63,350 bases of DNA from Proteobacteria bacterium UBA6900 (GTDB lineage: Bacteria > Pseudomonadota > Gammaproteobacteria > Acidiferrobacterales > Sulfurifustaceae): contig DKBM01000006.1 of the NCBI GenBank assembly GCA_002451215.1, positions 3,495 through 66,844 of the forward strand, in the 5' to 3' direction. This document shows positions 56,135-63,350 of the stretch, piece after piece; positions within the stretch are counted from its first letter, which is position 1, and each line of letters opens with the position of its first letter. The notes under the pieces were generated by a model. The model had not been told where the DNA came from and ran no database searches. It saw only the letters and a list, made by a program, of their open reading frames with translations. The translations under genes were made by a program, and so were the position numbers.

Positions 56135-57106
56135 ATGGAACTGATTCGCGGACTGCATAATCTCCGACCGCGTCATCGCGGCTGTGTCGCGACCATCGGC
56201 AATTTCGATGGCGTGCATCTCGGCCATCAGGCGGTGATCGGTCAGCTCGCGGAGAAGGGCGAAAAACTTGGTCTTCCCACGACCGTAATCCTGTTCGAGC
56301 CGCAGCCGCTGGAATACTTCGGGCCGGAGCGTGCGGTGGCGCGCCTCACGCGGCTGCGCGAGAAGCTCACTGCCCTGCGGCGGTATTCGGTCGATCGCGT
56401 GCTGTGCGTGCGCTTCGATGCCGCGTTCGCCGCGCTCGAGCCCGAAACCTTCATCGAGCGCGTCTTGGTCGAGGGGCTCGGCGTGCGTTACCTCGTGGTC
56501 GGCGACGATTTCCGCTTCGGCGCGCGACGGCGGGGCAATTTCGCCATGCTCGCGCAGGCCGGGGCCCGCAAGGGGTTCCAGGTGGTCAATATGCATACCG
56601 TTGAAATCGATGGCGAGCGCGTTTCGAGCACGCGCGTGCGCGCCGCGCTGGCGGCGGCGGATCTTGCTGCCGCCGAAAAGATGCTCGGTCGGCCGTACCG
56701 TATGTGCGGGCGCGTTGCTCACGGCAACAAACTTGGACGCAAGCTCGGTTTCCCGACAGCGAATATCCATCTGCACCGCGACATGACGCCGCTCAAGGGT
56801 GTCTTCGTGGTCGAGCTGTTCGGGCTCGATCGTGAGCCGTTGCCGGGGGTGGCGAGCATCGGCACCCGCCCGACGATCGGAGGCACGCGAACGCTGCTTG
56901 AGGTACACCTGTTCGATTTCGATCAGGACATCTATGGCGCCTACATTAACGTTAACTTTCTGTTGAAGCTGCGTGATGAAAAACACTTTGCCACGCTCGA
57001 TGAGCTGCGCGACTGGATCCAGCGCGATGTGGATGCGGCGCGCGCGTTCTTCCGTCAGTATCATCCGCAATCCGCCGCCGGACGGGCCGGGCGGCGCGCG
57101 AGCTGA
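56135..57106 (+). CDS. ribF: Bifunctional riboflavin kinase / FMN adenylyltransferase
   Basis: IGNFDGVHLGHQ.., ..GFPTANI.., GVASIGTRPT. Confidence 0.95.
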   Translation: MELIRGLHNLRPRHRGCVATIGNFDGVHLGHQAVIGQLAEKGEKLGLPTTVILFEPQPLEYFGPERAVARLTRLREKLTALRRYSVDRVLCVRFDAAFAALEPETFIERVLVEGLGVRYLVVGDDFRFGARRRGNFAMLAQAGARKGFQVVNMHTVEIDGERVSSTRVRAALAAADLAAAEKMLGRPYRMCGRVAHGNKLGRKLGFPTANIHLHRDMTPLKGVFVVELFGLDREPLPGVASIGTRPTIGGTRTLLEVHLFDFDQDIYGAYINVNFLLKLRDEKHFATLDELRDWIQRDVDAARAFFRQYHPQSAAGRAGRRAS

Positions 57107-57140
57107 AAGCCTCCCCGAATTCAGATAACAAGCAGCATTC

Positions 57141-59969
57141 ATGTCCGAGCCAATCGATTACAAGAAGACGCTTAATCTTCCGCGCACCGATTTCCCGATG
57201 AAGGCCAATCTCGCAGCGCGCGAGCCGGAGCAACTGAAGCGCTGGGACGAGAAGGGTCTCTACCAGCAGTTGCGCCGCGCGGGGGCAGGGCGTCCGAAAT
57301 TTGTGCTGCATGATGGCCCGCCATATGCCAATGGCGATATCCATATCGGACATGCCGTCAACAAGATCCTGAAGGACATGATCGTCAAGTCGCGCACACT
57401 GTCCGGCTTCGACTCGCCGTTTGTGCCGGGCTGGGACTGTCATGGTCTGCCGATCGAGCTCGCAGTCGAGAAGAAGATTGGCAAGGCCGGGCTCCAGGTG
57501 GATGCCGCGAAGTTCCGCGAGGCCTGCCGCGCCTACGCGCGTGAACAGATCGCGCGCCAGCGCGACGATTTTATTCGGCTCGGTGTTATCGGTGACTGGC
57601 AGCAGCCGTATCTCACGATGGATTTCCGGTTTGAGGCCGACATCATTCGGGCCCTCGGGCGCATCATTGCGCAGGGCCACGTCTATCGCGGCTACAAGCC
57701 GGTGCACTGGTGTGCGGATTGCGGCTCGGCGCTTGCCGAGGCCGAGGTCGAATACCAGGACAAACAGTCACCGGCCATCGACGTGCGTTTCGGCGCGGCG
57801 GACGAGGCTGATTTTCTCGCGCGTTGCGAGCACGTCTCGGGCCACTCCGGTGAAGGGCCGATCAGTATCGTGATCTGGACCACCACACCATGGACGCTGC
57901 CCGCCAATCAGGCGGTCGCCCTGCATCCGGAGCTCGACTACGTGCTAGTCGAGTGCAATAGCGGCAAGGGCCGCGAACGCTTGCTGATGGCTGAACCGAT
58001 GATGAAGGGCGCCATGGACCGCTTTGGCGTCGAGTCCTGCCGGGTGGTGGCGAACTGTCGTGGCAAGGACCTCGAAGGCGTCAAGCTCCGCCATCCGTTT
58101 TACGCACGCGAGGTGCCCGTTATTCTCGGTGAGCATGTCACGACCGAAGCCGGCACCGGCGCCGTTCACACAGCGCCCGGCCACGGCGTAGAGGACTATG
58201 TGGTCGGCGCCCGTTACGGACTTGCGGTAGAGAATCCCGTTGGCGGCGACGGCAAGTTTTTGCCGGGAACCGAGCTCTTTGCTGGCGAGCACGTCTTGAA
58301 GGCCAATGATCACGTGCTTGAAGTACTGAAGGCGCGCGGCGCGCTGGTCCATGCCGAGGCGCTGGTGCACAGCTACCCGCATTGCTGGCGGCACAAGACC
58401 CCGATCATCTTCCGGGCGACGACGCAGTGGTTCATCGGGATGGAGCGCCTGCGCGAGCTTGCGCTGCGTGCGATCGCCAACACCCGTTGGGTGCCGGAAT
58501 GGGGTGAGGCCCGTATCGAGGGAATGGTGGAAAACCGGCCGGACTGGTGCATCTCGCGCCAGCGCAGCTGGGGTGTGCCGATTGCGTTGTTCGTCGAAAA
58601 ACAGACCGGTGAGGCGCATCCCGACACCGAGCGACTGATCGAGGAGGTCGCGCGTCGGGTCGAAACCGGGGGCATCGATGCCTGGTTCGATCTGAAGCCC
58701 GAGGAGCTGCTCGGAACTACCGCACCGAAGTACGAAAAGGTTACGGATACGCTCGATGTCTGGTTTGACTCGGGTGTCACCCACGCTTGCGTGCTCGTCC
58801 GCCGCTCCGATCTCAAGTATCCGGCGGATCTGTACCTCGAAGGTTCTGACCAGCACCGCGGCTGGTTTCAGTCCTCGCTCCTCACGTCGGTCGCCATGAA
58901 TGGCATTGCTCCGTATGGCGCCTGCCTGACGCACGGCTTCACGGTGGACGCCAAGGGCATGAAGATGTCGAAGTCCAAGGGCAACGTGGTCGCGCCACAA
59001 AAGGTCATCAAGACACTCGGCGCGGATATTCTGCGGCTGTGGGTGGCGGCTACCGATTACCGCGCCGAGATGAGTATCTCGGACGAAATCCTCACGCGCA
59101 TGGCGGATTCCTACCGCAGGCTGCGCAACACGGCGCGCTACCTGCTGGCGAATCTGGATGGTTTCGATCCGGCCGACTGCCTTCCGGCGGATGAGATGCT
59201 TGCACTTGATCGCTGGCTGGTGGAGGAGGGCATGCGCCTGCAGCGCGAAGTAATCGCCGCCTACGATTCGTACAACTTCCATGTGATCTACCAGAAGCTT
59301 CACCAGTTCTGCGTCGTGGAGTTGTCGAGTTTCTACCTCGACATCCTCAAGGACCGCATGTACACGATGCCGCGCGAAAGCCGCGGGCGGCGTTCGGCGC
59401 AGACCGCCATGTATCACATCCTCGAAGCGCTGGTGCGCTGGCTGGCGCCGATCCTGTCCTTCAGCGCGGAAGAAATCTGGTCGTTCATGCCCGGCAAGCG
59501 TTCGACTTCGGTGTTTCTCGAAACCTGGTATGAGCGCTGGCCGGCATTCACGGTCAAGACCGGATTCGATCAGGCGTATTGGGAGGAGGTCATGGCCGTG
59601 CGCGCCGCGGTGGCCCCGTTGCTCGAGAAGCTGCGCGTCGCTGGTGGCATCGGCGGATCGCTCGATGCCGAGATCGATCTCTATTGCGATGATCCGTTGC
59701 GTTCCCGGCTCGCCAAGCTCGATGACGAGCTGCGCTTCGTCTTTATTACTTCGTATGCGCGGCTGCAACCGCTCGCGGCGCGCAGCGCCGAGGCGAAGGA
59801 TACGGACATAAAGGGGCTAGCGGTCGCCGTCGCACCTTCCGGTCACGACAAGTGCGTGCGCTGTTGGCATCACCGGGAAGACGTGGGCCGGAACAGCGCG
59901 CACCCGCAGCTCTGCGGACGCTGTGTCGACAATGTCGCGGGCGGCGGCGAGGCGCGGAAGTTCGCCTGA
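57141..59969 (+). CDS. ileS: Isoleucine--tRNA ligase
   Basis: [22 protein letters not shown]-terminal zinc cluster CVRCW..CGRC. Confidence 0.97.
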   Translation: MSEPIDYKKTLNLPRTDFPMKANLAAREPEQLKRWDEKGLYQQLRRAGAGRPKFVLHDGPPYANGDIHIGHAVNKILKDMIVKSRTLSGFDSPFVPGWDCHGLPIELAVEKKIGKAGLQVDAAKFREACRAYAREQIARQRDDFIRLGVIGDWQQPYLTMDFRFEADIIRALGRIIAQGHVYRGYKPVHWCADCGSALAEAEVEYQDKQSPAIDVRFGAADEADFLARCEHVSGHSGEGPISIVIWTTTPWTLPANQAVALHPELDYVLVECNSGKGRERLLMAEPMMKGAMDRFGVESCRVVANCRGKDLEGVKLRHPFYAREVPVILGEHVTTEAGTGAVHTAPGHGVEDYVVGARYGLAVENPVGGDGKFLPGTELFAGEHVLKANDHVLEVLKARGALVHAEALVHSYPHCWRHKTPIIFRATTQWFIGMERLRELALRAIANTRWVPEWGEARIEGMVENRPDWCISRQRSWGVPIALFVEKQTGEAHPDTERLIEEVARRVETGGIDAWFDLKPEELLGTTAPKYEKVTDTLDVWFDSGVTHACVLVRRSDLKYPADLYLEGSDQHRGWFQSSLLTSVAMNGIAPYGACLTHGFTVDAKGMKMSKSKGNVVAPQKVIKTLGADILRLWVAATDYRAEMSISDEILTRMADSYRRLRNTARYLLANLDGFDPADCLPADEMLALDRWLVEEGMRLQREVIAAYDSYNFHVIYQKLHQFCVVELSSFYLDILKDRMYTMPRESRGRRSAQTAMYHILEALVRWLAPILSFSAEEIWSFMPGKRSTSVFLETWYERWPAFTVKTGFDQAYWEEVMAVRAAVAPLLEKLRVAGGIGGSLDAEIDLYCDDPLRSRLAKLDDELRFVFITSYARLQPLAARSAEAKDTDIKGLAVAVAPSGHDKCVRCWHHREDVGRNSAHPQLCGRCVDNVAGGGEARKFA

Positions 59970-60433
59970 TGCTGCGCTGGCTGTGGGTCTCCGGCGTGGT
60001 GGTCGTTCTTGATCAGGTCACCAAGTTCCTGGCGCTGGCCTGGCTTGCGCCGCATGTGCCGGTGCCAGTCATTCCGATGCTGAATCTCACTCTGACTTTC
60101 AATCGTGGTGCGGCGTTTGGTTTTCTGAGCGGCGCACCTGGTTGGCAGAATGCCATTTTCATTCTGATCGCACTCGCCGCGGCAGGTGTGATCCTGCATA
60201 TGTTGCGTGGGTTATCGCGCGCAGAGATTTGGCTTGCGGTCGCTCTTACACTCATATTGGGCGGAGCGATCGGCAATCTCATCGATCGGTTGATACATGG
60301 ACAGGTGGTTGATTTTGCTGACGTTTATTTCGGATCCTGGCACTTCTGGACTTTCAATGTTGCCGATTCCGCGATCACAATCGGTGCCGCCGTGCTGATT
60401 GCCGATGCGCTGTTTCGCCGGCGCACGTCATGA
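59969..60433 (+). CDS. lspA: Lipoprotein signal peptidase II
   Basis: ORF track 59852..60433. ATG 59969 overlaps the ileS stop (TGATG). VVLDQVTK.., FNRGAAFG, GGAIGNLIDR, FNVADS. Confidence 0.93.
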   Translation: MLRWLWVSGVVVVLDQVTKFLALAWLAPHVPVPVIPMLNLTLTFNRGAAFGFLSGAPGWQNAIFILIALAAAGVILHMLRGLSRAEIWLAVALTLILGGAIGNLIDRLIHGQVVDFADVYFGSWHFWTFNVADSAITIGAAVLIADALFRRRTS

Positions 60434-60468
60434 CAGTTCTGGCGCTCGCGGCGTAGAGTAGCTATCCC

Positions 60469-61398
60469 GTGAAAGTCTATCTCTCCAATCCGCGCGGTTT
60501 CTGCGCCGGCGTCGATCGTGCCATTGAGATCGTCGAGCGCGCCATCGAACTGTACGGAGCACCGATCTATGTGCGCCACGAAGTGGTGCATAACCGTTTC
60601 GTCGTCGACAACCTGCGCGCCAAGGGCGCCGTGTTCATCGAGGATCTCGGCGAGGTGCCCGACAACGCCACGCTCATCTTCAGCGCGCATGGTGTTTCAA
60701 AGGCGGTGGAGGAGGAGGCGGCCCGGCGCGGCTTTCGGGTATTCGATGCGACCTGTCCGTTGGTTACCAAGGTGCACATGGAGGTCGCGCGACTGCGCAA
60801 GCAGGGGACCGAGGTGATTCTTATCGGTCACGCGGGTCATCCGGAAGTCGAAGGCACCATGGGTCAGGCGAACGATGGCATCTATCTGGTGGAGACGGCC
60901 GCAGACATCGCAGGGCTCCGCGTCCAGGATCCAGGCAATCTCGCTTACGTTACCCAGACCACGTTATCCGTCGACGACACCGCGAAGATCATCGAGGCCC
61001 TTCGTTCGCGCTTTCCGGCCGTTCGCGCGCCCAAGAAGGACGATATTTGCTACGCGACCCAGAACCGCCAGGACGCAGTCAAGAAGCTCGCGTCCGAGTG
61101 CGATGTCGTGTTGGTTATTGGTTCGCGCAACAGCTCGAACTCCAACCGGTTGCGAGAAGTCGCGGAAGTGCAGGGCGCGCGCGCCTACATGATCGACGGT
61201 GCAGACGATATTCGTCGCGAATGGCTGGAAGGGGTTCAGCGCGTCGGCATTACTGCGGGCGCGTCAGCACCGGAGGTGCTGGTGCAGCAGGTGCTCGGGC
61301 TACTGCAGGACTGGGGTGCCACACAGGTCGATTGGACATCGGATGTTTCCGAGAACGTGGTATTTCCCGTCCCCAAGCCGCTGCGTCGCACCGGCTAG
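60469..61398 (+). CDS. ispH: 4-hydroxy-3-methylbut-2-enyl diphosphate reductase
   Basis: [38 protein letters not shown]. Confidence 0.95.
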   Translation: MKVYLSNPRGFCAGVDRAIEIVERAIELYGAPIYVRHEVVHNRFVVDNLRAKGAVFIEDLGEVPDNATLIFSAHGVSKAVEEEAARRGFRVFDATCPLVTKVHMEVARLRKQGTEVILIGHAGHPEVEGTMGQANDGIYLVETAADIAGLRVQDPGNLAYVTQTTLSVDDTAKIIEALRSRFPAVRAPKKDDICYATQNRQDAVKKLASECDVVLVIGSRNSSNSNRLREVAEVQGARAYMIDGADDIRREWLEGVQRVGITAGASAPEVLVQQVLGLLQDWGATQVDWTSDVSENVVFPVPKPLRRTG

Positions 61399-61448
61399 CG
61401 CCCCGGACAAGAGCACGGCTCGCGCCGGCCTGGCAATCACGCGAAGGC

Positions 61449-62000
61449 CTATTTTCGCCAGCTGTCTTCGCCGGCATCGGTGTAGTTGTTGTTGTTGTTC
61501 CGGTCCCAGAACCGGTCGCCACGCGCGTTGATCATCATCTTTCCATCGTTGGCCTGAATGCCCTTGGGCGTAAAGGTCAGACTGTAGCCGCACGCGTAAG
61601 TCGAGCAATTGGCCGAGGTTGCGCCGTTGCGCTCCACGATTCCCGGCGCGAGCGCGGCGTTATAGTAGTCAAACGCGGGCATCGAGGTGCTGAATGCCAG
61701 CACTGTATCGGCGTTTCCAGCCGCAGTGCCGCAGCTGCGTGTGGCGCCAGTCAGGGTTGCCGCATAGCGGTTGCACTCGGTGAAATATTTCTCCTGCTGC
61801 GCCGCAATCTGCAGCATCGCGCCGCGCGCGTCGGTGCGCCGGTTTTGCATTGTGTAGTTGCGATAGCTTGGATAGGCGATGCCCGCCAAAACGCCGATGA
61901 TGATTACCACGATCATCAGTTCGATCAGCGTGAATCCGTTTTCCCGTGCTGGTGCTGGCTGACTGCAGCAATGACGCGGACGACTGGCGGTGCCTTGCAT
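61449..62000 (-). CDS. pilE: Type IV minor pilin PilE-like
   Basis: ..[39 protein letters not shown].. Located directly downstream of pilY1, as in the fimU-pilVWXY1E cluster. GGAG lies 7 nt before the ATG at 62000. Confidence 0.8.
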   Translation of the reverse strand: MQGTASRPRHCCSQPAPARENGFTLIELMIVVIIIGVLAGIAYPSYRNYTMQNRRTDARGAMLQIAAQQEKYFTECNRYAATLTGATRSCGTAAGNADTVLAFSTSMPAFDYYNAALAPGIVERNGATSANCSTYACGYSLTFTPKGIQANDGKMMINARGDRFWDRNNNNNYTDAGEDSWRK

Positions 62001-62108
62001 TGAATTCTCCGTTCGCCGGGTGAGGTGTCGTCAATCGCGGGCGGGGATGCCCGCCGGCGATTGAGTTTTGCGGAACGCCGAGCCGCCGATTATGTCACGC
62101 TCGTGCGC

Positions 62109-63350
62109 CTACTTGAGCTGGCGCCAGGACTGGCGGCCCTTCTTGCCGCCGGCGCTTGTGCCGGTCGATCCGAGGCCGCCGCCAGCGAGCGAGCCGCTGA
62201 CCACCTCGATCCCGCGTTCGACATCGTTTTGCACCGTCGGTGACGACATGGCCGACAGGGTGCGCGTTGCGCTCGCAGCCCTGCGCGTTCCGTCGCTCAG
62301 CACGAAGAAGTCGCTTGAATCAAACCGGCCGTCATTATTGGTGTCGAACGCCGTGTAAGCGAGCGGTCCGCCGTTGTCGGTATTCAGCGCCCACAACCAT
62401 CCCGGCTCGCCTCCTTCGCAGCGATCACCACCGGGGACCATGGAGGTGAAAAGGATGCGTTTGTTGCGCAGCACCGAGTCGCTGATCTGCTTCTCCCCCA
62501 GGGTTGGCAGCTCGGTTTTCCAGCCAAGGTACTGGCCAAGGCCCGTACCCCAGGTCAACGTGTTGTTGCTGATGAGGCGATAGGGATTGCCATTGGCGCC
62601 ATTTTGCGTCTCGACCACGGTCTGGGTCAGTATGGTCGAGGCGTTGTTCGCTACTGTCGCCCCGTTGTCCCAGATTCCGTAGAAGTAGTTGGTCGGCGGG
62701 GCCGGCGTGTTATCAATGTGCTCAAGCAGCTTGCCGGTTCCGAAGTAGACCATATATCCACTGCCGCTCGGGTGTGGGCCAACCTCGGGACGTGTGGTGA
62801 TAGCCCGAGGATTTCCTGTGGTGCTCGCGTTGAATAGCGCCGCACCACCGAGCGCGACGGTAAAGGTGCTGGCCGGCACGCTGGCGTCGGTCAGATCGAA
62901 TTTCCACATTCTTCCCTTCACATCGCCTGCGTAGACGTAGTCGATCTGATTGTCGGCGGTCACGTCCACGGCGGCCGGCGTGGCGAGCCCATTCGGATCG
63001 GCCTGGGTGCCACCGTCCGACGAAAGCGTGAGTTTCGCGCGCTTGGCCCCCGTGGCGATGTTGAGCACGAAGAGTGCTCCATGTCCGCTGCCCCGGTGAG
63101 CATCCGGCTCGCTGTTGTTGTAGCCATTGCTGACGATCACGGCCCAACTGCCGTCGCGCAGCTTGACGATTGATGGTGCACCGAACGTGTACCCCATGTC
63201 GGCATCATGCACGTCAGTGAACTCCCAAAGGAATATCTTGTCGGCATTGGCCTCGGTGAAATCCGCCGGGTTCGTTACGTCGAGGGCATAGTAGCCCTGG
63301 CCGCCCTTGCCGAGCGCGCCTACGAGTATCGTGCGCCAACACGGCGTTGC
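62109..63350 (-). CDS. pilY1: PilY1 C-terminal (beta-propeller) part; the gene continues beyond the window
   Basis: ORF track 62109..63212, but the frame stays open to 63350 (..GKGGQGYYALDVTNPADFTEANADKIFLWEFTDV..). Calcium-site-like FDTNNDGRFDSSD near the C-terminus. Confidence 0.85.
   Translation of the reverse strand, partial: ATPCWRTILVGALGKGGQGYYALDVTNPADFTEANADKIFLWEFTDVHDADMGYTFGAPSIVKLRDGSWAVIVSNGYNNSEPDAHRGSGHGALFVLNIATGAKRAKLTLSSDGGTQADPNGLATPAAVDVTADNQIDYVYAGDVKGRMWKFDLTDASVPASTFTVALGGAALFNASTTGNPRAITTRPEVGPHPSGSGYMVYFGTGKLLEHIDNTPAPPTNYFYGIWDNGATVANNASTILTQTVVETQNGANGNPYRLISNNTLTWGTGLGQYLGWKTELPTLGEKQISDSVLRNKRILFTSMVPGGDRCEGGEPGWLWALNTDNGGPLAYTAFDTNNDGRFDSSDFFVLSDGTRRAASATRTLSAMSSPTVQNDVERGIEVVSGSLAGGGLGSTGTSAGGKKGRQSWRQLK

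Noticed and set aside
56111-57142. 343-aa minus-strand ORF.
   Set aside because: Antisense to ribF, Arg-rich and low-complexity. High-GC artefact.
57945-59768. 607-aa ORF on the minus strand.
   Set aside because: It lies entirely antisense to ileS, which has unmistakable HIGH/KMSKS motifs. The product is Arg/Ala/Gly/His-rich with no motifs. This is the typical long shadow ORF of a high-GC gene.
1-63350. Looked for CRISPR arrays, IS/transposase or integrase genes, phage genes, rRNA and long exact repeats.
   Set aside because: None seen: no regularly spaced direct repeats, no DDE/tyrosine-recombinase-like ORFs and no rRNA-like segments. Paralogy is limited to the gene families described above.

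Overview
High-GC proteobacterial chromosomal segment; the gene order suggests a gammaproteobacterium. Most of it is conserved housekeeping: pepA-holC-valS, divergent lptFG, ccmABCDE-ccmG, ispB / rplU-rpmA-obg-proB, rpsT / murJ, ribF-ileS-lspA-ispH, then convergent pilE-pilY1. There are three tRNA genes: Arg-CCT, Ala-CGC and Pro-CGG. The outstanding region is 26.5-49.2 kb. It holds pilS-pilR and a sigma54-type promoter driving a cysteine-free major pilin gene (pilA). pilA is followed on the same strand by three tandem paralogs that combine a multi-TM domain with a TPR domain, resembling TMTC/PMT-type GT-C glycosyltransferases. Beyond them lies a further ~12 kb with three more GT-C-like membrane proteins, three polyprenol-phosphate-sugar-synthase-like GT2 enzymes (one fused to a methyltransferase), two further methyltransferases, one GT4 and a UPF0104 flippase-like protein. 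I found no Wzx/Wzy/WaaL/PglL-like genes, no initiating phosphoglycosyltransferase and no nucleotide-sugar synthesis genes there. I interpret this, as inference only, as a lipid-carrier-monosaccharide periplasmic protein-glycosylation system linked to type IV pilin. The first 8 kb is accessory-like. It contains two paralogous proteins with an unplaceable N-terminal domain and a degenerate cNMP-binding-like C-terminal domain. It also holds several membrane or redox proteins and an orphan DUF2384 antitoxin-like gene. I saw no CRISPR array, IS element, integrase or prophage genes. Many long ORFs in the six-frame track lie antisense to, or overlap, clear genes and are treated as high-GC artefacts. 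All family assignments come from motif recognition by eye, not from searches.
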